A stretch of DNA of 64,000 nucleotides from assembly GCA_963717285.1 (NCBI GenBank), contig CAVQVW010000001.1, positions 3,217 to 67,216 of the forward strand. The letters run 5' to 3'. Under the pieces are notes generated by a model. That model did not search any database and was not told the DNA's origin. It was given only the letters and a program-made list of their open reading frames with translations. This stretch comes from an uncultured Thermoleophilia bacterium. GTDB lineage: Bacteria > Actinomycetota > Thermoleophilia > UBA2241. Made by a program: the position numbers and the translations under genes. This document shows, piece by piece, positions 1 to 9,886 of this stretch (within the stretch, counting starts at the first letter, position 1; the number at the start of each line of letters is the position of its first letter).

Positions 1-219
1 CCTCGCGGAACAGCTCGTGACAGCGATACACATCCTCTTTGCCGGCCAGCCGGCTGAGGAAGAGGCCATCGCGAGCGAGCGTGGCGAGCAGGCGCCCCGA
101 ATCACGGCGACCGGTCACGTCATCACAGATCGCAGGACTGAGGTCGTTGAGCACGGAGGTCTCGAGCAAGAACTAGGAGCACGGGCGACAGGTCGCGAAG
201 CACCTCGTGAAGCACGTAG

Positions 220-1048
220 TCAGCGAGGGTCGCATCCGCAGGAGTGTCTGAGAGGACAGCTGCTCAGGACCGCGGTCGCGTGCCGCAGCGGAAGCCAAGA
301 GGCGCTCTCCGTGACCCAGCCGTCACAGCGTTCGTGGATGCGTGCGACGGAGTCGGCTCCCAGGCGCAGGCCCATCGTCTCGACGATCAGGGCCGCGCTC
401 TCTTGGCGCGAGAGCCTCAGGCCGGCTGCCCGGAGCTCCTCCAGACCGTCGGAGAGGCGCAGTCGGCTGACCCCGAACAAGGGGTCGTGCCGGGCCATGG
501 CGACAACGATGAACGGCGGGAGGTAGCGGATCAGCCGATCAATAGACGCCACGGCCTCATCGCTTTCAAGCGTGTGGACGTCGTCGAGGCAGATGACCAG
601 CGGGCCGGCCTCCCGGCCCAGATCAGCGATCAGGCCGTCGGCGAGGTAGTTGGCGTCGGTGACACCGCGCTCGACGGCCGCACCGACGCCCAGATCACTT
701 CTGGGCAGCGCTTCCCGGGAAGCCGCGATGATGTGTGCCCAGAGGCGCACGGGGTCGTTGTCACGTTCGTCTGCGGTGACCCAGATCCGCAGTTTCCGGG
801 TGACGATCGAGCCACTCCGCCACGACTGCGCTCTTTCCGAACCCGGCCGGAGCGACGATCAGGCCCAGTCTGCCGGTGAAGACGGTGTCGAGCCGGTCAG
901 CCAGCCGCGTGCGTTCGAGGTACGCCTGCGGACGGACGGGCACCCGTAGCTTGCTCTCCACCAGCGGCGACGCCAGACGTCGGTCAACAGCCATGAACAT
1001 GCCTCCGTCGGCACTGTCACTCGGCATCCCCCTCCAACATCCATTCAC
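220..1048 (-). pseudogene. N-terminal P-loop (STAND/NB-ARC-like) fragment of a MalT/LuxR-family large ATP-binding regulator; frameshifted and C-terminally truncated
   Basis: ORF 761..1048 carries the Walker A motif 'LIVAPAGFGKSAVVAEWL' preceded by 'SKLRVPVRPQAYLERTRL', which is typical of LAL/MalT N-termini. It continues in another frame in ORF 220..750 ('LDDVHTL', 'FIVVAMARHDPL'). No HTH-bearing C-terminus follows. Confidence 0.45.
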
Positions 1049-1503
1049 CGCCCGCCGGGCAATGGACGCCGGTTCCGCAGGAACTCAAAGGATCAGACTA
1101 TAGATTCTACCCTGCCCGAAACCCTGCGCAGACATGCCTGCAAGGCCGCGGGCGGTTGCCGAGCCACGGCCGTCGGCAAGGGGCTGGGCCAAGGTGACCT
1201 GGCCCATTCGACGGCCCAGTGACGACGGCAGCCCCAACCTCTCCGCGCGTTCCACCCGCTGATAGCGCCACCCTGAACATGGACCGGCAATCTGCTGGCG
1301 TGTTGCACTGCCTTGGCGGTTGTCGACGGAGACCGGTGACCATCCGCCGAGCTGCGGGGGGTCGTGCGCGTCGCCGTCGTCGTACGACCGGGAGGGATCG
1401 AACAGGGTGCGCTGCCGGAGGCCGGCCCAACCCTGTCTCCGGCCAGTACCTGCTGCGCACGAGCCACGCTGCCGATCCAGCGCCGACGAGCCGTCCCGCC
1501 ACT

Positions 1504-2689
1504 TCAGTCGCCGCAAGGCTCGCCTTCTGGCTTGTCATTGCCGAACGCAAGCCCACTACCGGCCCGGCGCACCGCCTGAGAGCCGTAACGGGCCCGCACT
1601 CGATCGACGGCCTCGTCGCAGGCGTGGTCACGCCTTGAGTCATCGAGTGCAGTATGGCGGGCCTGGGTGAGGCCGCTCGCGGTTAGTCCAACGAGGCGCA
1701 GGAGGCCGGCCGACTCGTGCAAATCGGCAAGAAGAGCCAAGGCGGCCTCGTAGATGACCTGCGTCGCGTTCGTTGCGGCGAGCAGGGTGCGCTACCTACT
1801 CATGGTGCGAAAGCGAGAGTCGCGCAGCTTGAGGACCAGCGTGCGGCCGGCGCAGCCCTGCCGGCGCAGATCGCTCGCGACCTTGTCTGCGAGGTCGAGG
1901 AGGGTCGCCTGCAAGAACTCGGGCTCCGCCGTGTCCTTGGCGAAGGTCACCTCGTGGCCCATGGACTTCGGCGCCGGGCGTTCGGCGCGCACCGGGGCAT
2001 CATCGCCGCCGAAGGCGAGCTCTTTGAGCGAGGTGGCGCTCCGGGCAAACGACGTCTCGAGCAAAGGGAGCGACGCATCCTGCAACTCGCCGACGCTGGC
2101 GATGCCCAGCGAACTCAGCCGTTTGACGGTCACGGGGCCGATTCCTGAGATGGCGCCGACCGGCATAGAACGCAGGCGTCCGTGCACGTCCTCCCGGGTG
2201 AGGGTCGTGAGGCCAGCGGGCTTCTCGAGCTCGGCGGCCAGCTTGGCCAGTAGCCTGCTCGGCCCGATGCCGATCGAGCGAGTAGCTCTTCCCGGTGAGC
2301 CGCTGGATCTGGCCGGCGATCTCCTGCGGCGAGCCGAAGAGCCGCCGGCTGCCGGTCACATCGAGAAAGGCCTCGTCGATCGAGACCGGGGTCGACCAGG
2401 TCGGTGAAGCGCCCATAGATCGCAGGACAAGCCTGCTGGACAGGCTCTTGTAGGCGGCCATGTCGACGGGCAGGAAGACGCCCTGCGGGCAGCGCCGCAG
2501 AGCCTGCGCCATTGGCATCGCCGTGCGTACGCCGCAGGCGCGCGCCTCATACGAGGCGGTGCTGACGACGCCGCGGCTCTCGGCCCTGCCACCGACGATG
2601 ACCGGCTGCCCCAGCAGTTCGGGACGGCGCGCCTGCTCCACCGAAGCGAAGAAGGCGTCCATGTCAATCAGCAGCAGATCGCGCGGCAT
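1504..2689 (-). pseudogene. dinB: DNA polymerase IV (DinB, Y-family) split across three reading frames
   Basis: N-terminal part 'MPRDLLLIDMDAFFASVEQ...VSIDEAFLDVTG...EIAGQIQRL' lies in frame 1 (about 2190..2689). The HhH/little-finger part 'GIGPVTVKRLSSLGI...LVLKLRDSRF' lies in frame 2 (1792..2187). The C-terminus 'LRLVGLTASGL...AVDRVRARYG' lies in frame 3 (1504..1740). Confidence 0.6.
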
Positions 2690-2928
2690 GGCCTCATCCT
2701 GCGATGCGAAGGCAGCTCTGTCGAGCCCGACCCGCGCACGGGTCACGCAGCCCTGTAGGAACCTCACGCGGGGAGTCCCATCAGCTGGAACGCCGCAGGA
2801 GACGGTCGATGGGAGCAGGGTACCCTTCGCCGGCGCTGCCCCCGCTGGAGCACCCGTTCTCTGTGGCCCCAGCCCGAGGCCCATGGATCTGCCACCCAGC
2901 GGAGGGGTTCAAGAGCGGTTCAGCACGC

Positions 2929-3401
2929 CTACACGCCACGCTCGACCATCCCAGGGGTCACGCGATGCACCGCCTCGTCGAGGTCCTTGAGGAAGCGGCG
3001 AGCGAAGGCGTCGCCCTGGAATTCGCTCCACTCGCGCCACGTGTGGTCCTCGGCAGGCTCCCAGGTCGGGGATCGTGCGTCCTCCAGGCGCGCACGAATC
3101 TCGGCCCCAACCATCGCCTTCTGCCGCAGCCATTCGGGGTCCCGCTCCTGCCTCTCAGCAACCTCGCGGCGCAGGAGTTCGTCCAGCCCCTCTACGAGGC
3201 GGCGCGCGTAGGCGTCGCCCGATGAAGGTCGACCCAGTCCCGCCAACAGCGATCCTCGGTTGGCGCCCAGGTCGGTGAGCCGTGCTCGGCAAGCCAGGTG
3301 CGCATGTCGGCCCCGATCATCGCCTCGCGCCGCTGCCGCTCAGAATTCGGACCGCCCGACAGTCGCGCCCGCGGCCACAGATTGCCTCTGCTTGCTCTCA
3401 T
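2929..3401 (-). CDS. Hypothetical protein with a tandem ~45-aa repeat; possibly one gene with a frameshift or two small genes
   Basis: ORFs 3192..3401 and 2929..3246 both contain 'ERQ(R/E)R...AM(I/V)GA(D/E)(M/I)R..L(A/E)(E/D)..SPTW(A/E)P(T/A)ED..WR(D/E)W'. The DNA repeat is visible at about 3040-3150 and 3245-3345. No family assignment from memory. Confidence 0.3.
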
Positions 3402-3700
3402 CGCTCCTCCTCGTTACTGGCATGTCGATCGACTGCCTTGTCATCCTCTTCTCTGTCGCCCGGCGCCCCGCCCGCCTTCTCAAGCTCACGGCGCCGGCGC
3501 CGCAGCTTCGAGCGCGCGGCCCAGAGTTCGCGCTGCCCTTCGAGTCTGGCGATCTCCTCCTCGTGGACTGTGACGAGGCCCTGGAAGTGGCAGCGGCCGC
3601 AGAGGCCGGTGCGCCTGACGCCGATGAGGCGCTTGCCGCAGGCCGGGCAGAGCTCGGCCTCGGTGAGCTCGCAGATCCGCTCAGGACCGTCGGCCCGGCC
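3398..3700 (-). CDS. Small zinc-ribbon plus coiled-coil protein; start uncertain and possibly part of a longer frameshifted gene
   Basis: C-terminal 100 aa of ORF 3398..4051: 'CPACGKRLIGVRRTGLCGRCHF' (CxxC-N11-CxxC) followed by a charged helical tail 'EEEIARLEGQRELWAARSKLRRRRRELEK'. The upstream part of the ORF is low-complexity. Confidence 0.3.
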   Translation of the reverse strand, partial: GRADGPERICELTEAELCPACGKRLIGVRRTGLCGRCHFQGLVTVHEEEIARLEGQRELWAARSKLRRRRRELEKAGGAPGDREEDDKAVDRHASNEEER

Positions 3701-4161
3701 AAAGGTCTGAAGTCGGTCTGGCGACCTTCGGGCGCCGCAGAGAGACGCCGAGCTCGGAGGCCTTCTGCTTGATCGCCGAGTGCGACCGCTCGAACGCCGC
3801 GGCGCGGGCACCGCCACCGAGCACGGGCGCGAGGATGCGGAGCGCCTCGAGCTCGGCGAGGTCCAGGGCCTCAAGCGTGAGCCCTGGCGTAGCGTGCGAC
3901 GCGGGCGGCGCGCTGCTTCGCCGGCAGGCGCGGCGCCGTCCCGGGCCTTGGGCAGCGGCCGTGCATGAGGCCGCGTCCCGGTCGATAGAAGGCGATGCTC
4001 GCCCGTTCCTCGAGCGAGATGGCCTGGTCGCAGCGGCAGCAGTACACCCACTGGCTCGGGTCCACGCCGTAGAGGGCGCGCTGTTCGTCAGTGACGCGGT
4101 CAGGGCGGTCGACGACATGGCACGCAGTGTTCACGCGGCCTCCTTCGCCTGGAGCCTCCAT
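3681..4161 (-). pseudogene. Fragments of small element-encoded regulatory protein(s): an HTH-like segment and a Cys-rich segment in different frames
   Basis: ORF 3681..4118 contains 'GLTLEALDLAELEALRILAPVLGGGARAAAFERSHSAIKQKASELGVS', which resembles a sigma-70 region-4/LuxR-type HTH. ORF 3871..4353 contains 'MEAPGEGG...WVYCCRCDQAISLEERASIAFY'. The frames overlap, so reconstruction is speculative. Confidence 0.2.
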
Positions 4162-6090
4162 GTGGGTGAGCGGCGCGCGGTTGCACGGTTGCGCGGTTGA
4201 GGAGAGGAGAGAGGGCGAGCGGTTGTCGCCACTAAGATCACCCTCGTAATCCGCATGACCATAAGCTTTTGAGACCGCGCAACCGGAGCCTGAGGCGGGG
4301 GTTGCAACCGGCGGGAAGGCGTCAAGGTGTCTCTCCCCTCTGCGCGCGTGCAACCGTGCAACCGGTCAGTGTCTCGACCGTCGGCAGGATGATGACGTCG
4401 GCCGGCAGGGGCTCGGCGCCGATGAGCTTCGCCGGCTGGCCGCGGCGCGTCTCGAGGTTGCGCAGGTAGCCGCGGCTCGTCGCGACCTTGGCGCGGCGCA
4501 TGGCCGCGGACTTGTCCAGGCCGAGCCGGGAGCCGGAGAACCCAGTAGGTGACGCCGCCCTCGTGCCTGGAGCCGCTGGCGGCGCCCACCGTCTCGACGA
4601 TCGTCTCTGGCACGCCGGCACCGATCTCGTCGGCCACGAGGTCGCCGATGAGCTCGCGCACGACGCCGTAGTCCGTGAGCGTCGCGACGATGCGCCCGGA
4701 GGCGTCGCGCTGGCGCGTCTGCTGGTGCAGGATGGCGTGCGCCCGCACCAGGTTGAGCACGGTGGAGAAGTCGCGGCGGAGGCGCACCGCGACCGGCGGC
4801 ACGAGGTCCGCGAGGTCGACGGCGAAGGGGATGGTCACGGCGGCGGGCTGGGCGGCGAGCCACGCGTGGAGCTGACGCCACTCGTCCAGGTCGATGCAGT
4901 CGTCGCCCGACTCTTCGCAGGCCAGCATGCGCAGGATCGCCGCCGTCTGCTCGGGCGTGTCATTCGCCGGCACGGACAGAAGGCGCGTCTCGTTCTGGGG
5001 GTGCAGGGCGACCTGCGTGGTGGTCACGATGAGGCCGGTCGGACCCTCGCGCTCGATGAGGCGCGGCACCATGCCCTTGCCCTTGAGCTGCTCGACGGTT
5101 TCGTAGCGGATGCAGCCCTCGCAAAGCAGCAGCGCAGCAGGTAGGTGGCGAAGTCGCCCTCCAGGCCGGCGGCCTCGTAGAGGACGAGGAAGCGGTGGGC
5201 GAGGGGCTCTGTCGAGTAGGCGAGGGCGTGCTCGCTCATGCTGCTCAGGGCGTAGTACGCGGCCGGCGGGAAGAACTCGAGCACCTGTTGGGTCACGTGG
5301 CTCTTACCGGCGCTGGACGGACCCTTCGCCACGATGCTCACGGGGCGATTCAAGACGCGACTCGTCATCGCGATGTAGACGACCTTGGCGAAGCGATCCT
5401 CGCCGATGACGCCGCGGGCGTGCAGCGCCATGACGAAGTCCGCGAGGATGTCGGGCGAGCTGGCGAGCGCGGGTGGCTCGAGCGGCGCCGCGACCTCGTC
5501 GGCCGCTGAACTGGCACCCACCAGTGACAGACCGGGCAGCGCCGCCCGGACGTCCTCGACGGCTTGCTCGCACGCTGCGAGAGGATCGTCGAGGATGCCC
5601 TGCAGGGCCGTTGCCTTGTCGGCGATGTGGAGCCGGCGCTCGATGAGCTCCAGGGGCGCGACGCCGCGCGCCCAGTGTTCGAGGGCGTCTCCCCCACACG
5701 GATCAGTCATCGGCGCAATGCCAGGCGGAGCCCGGCTCGCCGTCGCTGAGCCCGATGGCCCCGAGCACCGCCGCACGAGGCAGGCGGATCACGCGTCCGA
5801 TGGCCTCATAGGTGGTGTCCACCGGACGCACGCTTCCACAGCCGTGCGGTCTGTTTGACGGTCAGCGCCGCGGGGAGATCGTCGACGCTCTCCGGCTCAG
5901 GCCGACTCATGATCCACGACCTCGAGCAGGCCGGCCGCGTCGCCCTCGAAGTGAAACGCCGCGGCGATCCGTGCGATCTCGACCGGGGGTTGACGAAGAG
6001 AGCCGCGCCGAGCGCGGCCTGCTCAGCGCGCTGGTCCCAGAACAGGGCCCCCGTGTCGTTCACTTGGGCCCCGGTTGGGCGGGGCATCGT
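4131..6090 (-). pseudogene. Element-encoded DnaB-like replicative helicase, interrupted by two or more frameshifts
   Basis: ORF 5806..6327 carries a DnaB N-domain-like 'RAEQAALGAAL'. ORF 5024..5776 carries Walker A 'VSIVAKGPSSAGKSHVTQQVL' and 'SSMSEHALAY' (compare DnaB 'IIVAARPSMGKT', 'SLEMS'). ORF 4131..5072 continues in a third frame. Confidence 0.4.
4178..4363. repeat. Iteron-like array: 3x CGGTTGC(N) at 4178-4200, and in inverted orientation 4x GCAACCG at about 4278, 4303, 4349 and 4357
   Basis: Seen directly: 'cggttgcacggttgcgcggttga', then 'cgcgcaaccgg', 'gttgcaaccgg' and 'gtgcaaccgtgcaaccgg'. The array flanks a ~75-bp spacer with a relatively A/T-rich patch ('ccataagcttttgag'). It lies at the 3' side of the DnaB-like gene. 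Confidence 0.6.
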
Positions 6091-6092
6091 GG

Positions 6093-6320
6093 TCACCCGC
6101 AGGCGACGCGGCCGGCGGCGAACGCCTCGATGTCGACGCGCCGGTAGAGATTGCGCCTGATGTCGCCAGGGATGTCGACGGGGCGGATCGCTCCGATTGC
6201 GACCCACTTGCGGAACGTCACCTGGCTGACCGAGCAGAGCTCGGAAGCCACCTTCTCGGAAACGAGGATCCGTTCCGCGGTCGGGACCTTCTCGTGGGGT
6301 TGGGCGTGTGCTACCGTCAT
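6093..6320 (-). CDS. xis: Excisionase / AlpA-family HTH DNA-binding protein
   Basis: 'MTVAHAQPHEKVPTAERILVSEKVASELCSVSQVTFRKWVAIGAIRPVDIPGDIRRNLYRRVDIEAF' is a typical Xis/MerR-like excisionase fold signature. It lies between the helicase and the integrase. Confidence 0.6.
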   Translation of the reverse strand: MTVAHAQPHEKVPTAERILVSEKVASELCSVSQVTFRKWVAIGAIRPVDIPGDIRRNLYRRVDIEAFAAGRVACG

Positions 6321-6465
6321 GCGGCACTCCTCGGGGTGTCGGGGCCGTCTTACTTTCCAGGCAGGGCGGCCCTGTTTCATGGTCTGTGTCGCCACTATAG
6401 GCAGTGAGTCAGAGGTCGGAAAGTGGCTGCTCATGGGCGGTTCTCCCGCCACAGAAGACCTAGAC

Positions 6466-6595
6466 GCGAGAGAGCCGACTACCGCCTCCTAGGAGCGAAA
6501 AGGGGCGCTTATCCGACCCAAACCGCCGCAGTACGCGAAAGAGGCGCCCGAGAGCCGACTATGACCTCCCATGAGCGAACAGGCGCGGGCCGTCG
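6466..6595. repeat. Two ~40-bp imperfect direct repeats between xis and int
   Basis: 'GAGAGCCGACTACCGCCTCCTAGGAGCGAAAAGGGGCGC' and 'GAGAGCCGACTATGACCTCCCATGAGCGAACAGGCGCGG' are about 80% identical and lie about 80 bp apart. Confidence 0.4.
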
Positions 6596-6863
6596 TAACA
6601 TTTCTCAACAACCACTTGGGCACGAAGAAGGCCCCGGTAGTTGATCCACCGGGGCCCTATTCAGACAGCTCGCTGCGCTCGCGCGTCCCTTGTCCGCGTC
6701 GGTGATGAGGGTCGCCATTGCCTCCGCGTCGTCGAGTCCCAGCCCTCCGCCCTTCAGGGACCGACGCAGCAGGTAGCTCGTCTCTGCGTCTTGGTCACTC
6801 GCGATTGTCTTCTACATCAGCAACTTCGCCATCGTCGTCTCCCGCTGTTCACGGCAGAGCTGC

Positions 6864-7813
6864 TCACAGCAGGCCGTCCGCGACTTCCACGCCCTCACGC
6901 TGCTCGGTCGTCAGCACGTGGCTGTAGACCCTCAGCGTGACGAGGCTCGAACTGTGCCCGAGGCGACGACTGACGACTTCGATCCGCACGCCGCCGGCAA
7001 GCAGGCCGGTCGCGAAGGCATGACGGTGCGCGTGGATGCCGTGGTCCCACGGCGGCTCGAAGTTCTCGACCTTGCCGCCGCCAAGAACGTACTCGGTCAG
7101 GGCGACCTCGTTGGCGTGGTGGACGCCGCGTCGCCACGTCTTCTGGAAGGAGTCGGGCGCCCACCAGCGGCCGGCCGGCAGGAGATCGCCGTCGTGCGTG
7201 AACGAGATGTAGAGCGTCGGGAAGACCCAGTGCTCGTCCTGCTCCTCCTCGATCCACCAGCCGTCCTTCTGGAGCCGCAGACGAGCCTCGGCGATGATGC
7301 GCTTCTGCTGCTTCAAGACGGCGGCGACCTTGGCGTCAAAGGGCACGTCGCGCCGGCTCCGCTTGGTCTTGAGCGCCGTGCGCTCGATCACACCGTCGAC
7401 CTGCTCGAGCTTCCCCCTGACGTGCAGCGCGCCGGCATCGAAGTCCACGTCGTCCCACTTGAGCCCGAGAAGTTCGGAGATGCGCAGGCCGGTCCCCAGG
7501 GCGATCGCAGAGATCGTCTCGATGCTGGTCCCCTTGGCCGCTGCCACAAACGCCCGTGCAGACTCGGGGTCGATGCCCGGCTCATCGTCCTGCCAGCGAC
7601 TCCACAGCGTCATCCTTGGGCACCTTGGCGACTGTGCAGGGGTTCGACTTCAGCGAGCCCGTCGACGGTGGCTCGCTTCAGGATCATGGACTGAGCACGC
7701 GGTGGACGCCGCGCATCGTCTCGACGCTGATAGGCCGCGCCGACGGAACCGCGCTCGCGGAGAGCAGCATAGAAGCCCGTGACCGCAGTTACGTCGACGT
7801 CCGAGACCTTCAT
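6864..7813 (-). pseudogene. int: Tyrosine-type site-specific integrase with a frameshift near 7610; the N-terminal arm-binding region is probably lost or degraded
   Basis: ORF 6864..7613 carries the catalytic domain motifs 'GLRISELLGLKWDDVD', 'HAHRHAFATGLLAGG' and 'GHSSSLVTLRVYSHV' (R...HxxR...Y). ORF 7610..7813 ('VSDVDVTAVTGFYAALRERG') looks like the core-binding segment in another frame. Confidence 0.7.
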
Positions 7814-8237
7814 GGACCCGATGTCGTGACGATCGATGTAGCGGGAAACGACGCGCGGTAGGCCGCGTATGTCGCCCGACTAACTTCGCTGCGACGCGCT
7901 CCAGCCACCGTGTCGCATACGTTGACAGGGTCAGGCGTGTTCAGACAGCAGAGCCCCCGTCCCGCCGGTTCTTCAGATCACGTTCGACGTTCTGTGCCGC
8001 TGCGGAGGCCCTGAACGCGCTGGGATATCTTCGCCGGCTTTAGACCCTTCACGGCTCACCCGATCGTAGACCACGACGTCGTACCAGCCGGGTCTGTTCT
8101 TCATCTCCGTGATGGACACCGTGGCCCTCCTCAACGTCGCTTCCTCCTTGGGGATAGTATCCGACGTAGTATCCGACGATGCAAGTGTTTGCTCGGCATC
8201 ACCGCGCAGCGCAAGGTGCCGATTAGCAGGGAATATA

Positions 8238-8314
8238 TGGCGCGCCCGGCAGGATTCGAACCTGCGACCTGAAGATTAGAAGTCTCCTGCTCTATCCAGC
8301 TGAGCTACGGGCGC
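8238..8314 (-). tRNA. tRNA-Arg (anticodon TCT)
   Basis: The reverse complement reads GCGCCCG-TA-GCTC...GAGC-A-GGAGA-CTTCTAA-TCTTC-AGGTC-GCAGG-TTCGAAT-CCTGC-CGGGCGC-G-CCA. It has a cloverleaf with T8, GTTCGAAT in the T-loop, anticodon loop CU-UCU-AA and an encoded CCA. Confidence 0.85.
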
Positions 8315-8372
8315 GCGAAGGTGACCGATCGCGTGGGGACAGGCGCATGAGAACGGTACACCCAACAGGCAG

Positions 8373-8449
8373 TGGAGCGGGAGACGGGATTCGAACCCGC
8401 GACCCTCAGCTTGGAAGGCTGACGCTCTAGCCAACTGAGCTACTCCCGC
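8373..8449 (-). tRNA. tRNA-Gly (anticodon TCC)
   Basis: The reverse complement reads GCGGGAG-TA-GCTC-AGTTGGCTA-GAGC-G-TCAGC-CTTCCAA-GCTGA-GGGTC-GCGGG-TTCGAAT-CCCGT-CTCCCGC-T-CCA. Confidence 0.85.
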
Positions 8450-8463
8450 TCGAGAAGAAGTGC

Positions 8464-8540
8464 TGGTCGGGACGGGCGGATTCGAACCGCCGACCCCCTG
8501 CTCCCAAAGCAGGTGCGCTGCCAGGCTGCGCCACGTCCCG
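8464..8540 (-). tRNA. tRNA-Pro (anticodon TGG)
   Basis: The reverse complement reads CGGGACG-TG-GCGC-AGCCTGGCA-GCGC-A-CCTGC-TTTGGGA-GCAGG-GGGTC-GGCGG-TTCGAAT-CCGCC-CGTCCCG-A-CCA. Confidence 0.85.
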
Positions 8541-8590
8541 GCGCCAGCGAAGTATACCCCACAGCGCCTGTGGTGGCGCTCGTCGAACGG

Positions 8591-9004
8591 CTACTCCCCG
8601 GCGTAGGGCAGCATCAGCGTATCCCCGGGCTGCAGCACCGAGTCGGCCGCCAATCCGTTGGCCCGGCGGATGTCGTAGACACCGCGGCGCGGATCGGTAT
8701 CGTCGCCATAGTGATGGATGGCGATGCCCCAGAGGGTCTCGCCGCTGCCGACGACGTACTCCTCTCCCTGGTAGATGGCGGCATCGCCGCCGGCGTGGGC
8801 CACTCGCACGCCCGCCCACACCGCGATGAAGATGAGAAGGAGGAAGACCGCCAGGCGCAGGAAGCCGGCGAGGCGGCGACGGCGCAGCACGCGCCGTCCG
8901 GCCCGGCTTTCGGGGCGTCGACTCGCACCACGCCCGGCGCTCGTCGTCCGCGCCCTGTCGATCCGTGCCACCGGCGCCATGTCGTGGCGGGCGTCGGCGC
9001 TCAT
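8591..9004 (-). CDS. ChiZ-like LysM-domain membrane protein with an Arg-rich cytoplasmic N-terminus, one TM helix and a C-terminal LysM domain
   Basis: Sequence 'MSADARHD...RRVLRRRRLAGFLRLAVFLLLIFIAVWAGV' (TM) then 'YVVGSGETLWGIAIHHYGDDTDPRRGVYDIRRANGLAADSVLQPGDTLMLP' (LysM). This matches the architecture of mycobacterial LexA-regulated ChiZ (Rv2719c). Its ATG overlaps the stop of the upstream small ORF (ATGA). Confidence 0.65.
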   Translation of the reverse strand: MSADARHDMAPVARIDRARTTSAGRGASRRPESRAGRRVLRRRRLAGFLRLAVFLLLIFIAVWAGVRVAHAGGDAAIYQGEEYVVGSGETLWGIAIHHYGDDTDPRRGVYDIRRANGLAADSVLQPGDTLMLPYAGE

Positions 9005-9204
9005 GCCAGCACCTCGGCGGCGTGGCGCTCGACGACTCCCGTGAGCTCGCTCCCGCAGTGCGGGCAGAGCAGGCTGACCTCGCCCGTCCAGATGTCGACG
9101 GACGTGATTCTGACCGGGCCGCCGCCACACCAGAGGCACGACTCGTCGTACCCTGCGAGGGCAGCGGCAAGCGTGTCGTCGACAACGTCGGCGAGCGTGT
9201 GCAT
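9001..9204 (-). CDS. Small zinc-ribbon protein (67 aa) lying between lexA and the LysM gene
   Basis: 'CLWCGGGPVRITSVDIWTGEVSLLCPHCGSEL' (CxxC-N17-CxxC). Its stop overlaps the start of the LysM gene. No obvious SD, so the exact start is uncertain. Confidence 0.4.
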   Translation of the reverse strand: MHTLADVVDDTLAAALAGYDESCLWCGGGPVRITSVDIWTGEVSLLCPHCGSELTGVVERHAAEVLA

Positions 9205-9228
9205 GCTGAGTGTGCGCGGGCAATGCGG

Positions 9229-9828
9229 TCATAGCCGACGCAACACCCCCACGACCTTCCCGACCAGCCGCACGGCCTCGGCGTCGACGACGATGGGCTC
9301 GTAGAGGGCGTTCTCGGGCTGCAGACGGACGCTGCGGCCCTCGCGGAAGAAGCGCTTCGTGGTCGCCTCGTCGCCGACCATGGCCACGACGATCTCTCCG
9401 TCGACCGCCTGTTCGGACGGGTGCACGACGATGTAGTCCTCGTCGTAGATGCCGACTTCGGCCATGGAGTCTCCCTGGACGCGCAGCACGAAGTCGTCGT
9501 CGTCGCGGCGCAGGAACGCCGGGACGTCGACCATCTCCTCGATGTTCTCCTCGGCGAGGATGGGGGCGCCGGCCGCGACACGGCCCACCAGCGGCAAGGG
9601 CCGCGCGGGCTTGCAGGCGCTCGCCAGATCGAGGGCTCGCGGCTTGGTGGGGTCGCGCTTGATGAGCCCCAGTCGCTCGAGATTGGCGAGGTGCGCGTGC
9701 ACGGTCGAAGGCGACGAGAGGCCGAGCGCGGTGCAGATCTCGCGCACGGTGGGCGGGTAGCCGTCGGTGCGCACGCTCTCGCGAACGAAGTCCAGCACCT
9801 GCTGTTGACGTTGGGTAAGACCCTCCAC
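9229..9828 (-). CDS. lexA: LexA repressor (S24 peptidase)
   Basis: Winged-HTH N-terminus 'VREICTALGLSSPSTVHAHLANLERLGLI', cleavage region 'VAAGAPI', catalytic 'GDSM' and 'TTKRF'. GTG start with SD AGAGGAGGA 5 nt upstream. Confidence 0.9.
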   Translation of the reverse strand: MEGLTQRQQQVLDFVRESVRTDGYPPTVREICTALGLSSPSTVHAHLANLERLGLIKRDPTKPRALDLASACKPARPLPLVGRVAAGAPILAEENIEEMVDVPAFLRRDDDDFVLRVQGDSMAEVGIYDEDYIVVHPSEQAVDGEIVVAMVGDEATTKRFFREGRSVRLQPENALYEPIVVDAEAVRLVGKVVGVLRRL

Positions 9829-9845
9829 CGATCCTCCTCTCGAAG

Positions 9846-9886
9846 CGAACGTGTGTTCGGATACAGACTAGGGTGAACACATGTTC
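9846..9886. promoter_or_regulatory. Two LexA (Cheo/SOS) boxes upstream of lexA: CGAACGTGTGTTCG at 9846-9859 and GAACACATGTTC at 9875-9886
   Basis: Both match the Gram-positive consensus CGAAC-N4-GTTCG. They lie 18-58 nt upstream of the lexA GTG start. Confidence 0.7.

Larger units (their letters stand above)
1..8237. mobile_element. Degraded integrative element / genomic island next to the tRNA-Arg 3' end. The left boundary was not found and may lie outside the window.
   Basis: Gene content is typical of an integrative element and sits adjacent to a tRNA cluster: a tyrosine integrase, an Xis/AlpA excisionase, a DnaB-like helicase with an iteron array, and a dinB pseudogene. Most of these genes are interrupted by frameshifts. 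No attR copy of the tRNA 3' end was found by eye. Confidence 0.45.

Noticed and set aside
1050-1500. Overlapping ORFs 1085..1516, 1093..1467, 1107..1643 (minus) and 1219..1638 (plus)
   Set aside because: All are Arg/Pro-rich with no motifs. They are probably non-coding or decayed DNA between the dinB pseudogene and the MalT-like fragment.
9204-9228. NrdR as the zinc-ribbon gene after lexA
   Set aside because: The ORF is only 67 aa with no ATP-cone domain. It is a bare CxxC...CxxC ribbon.
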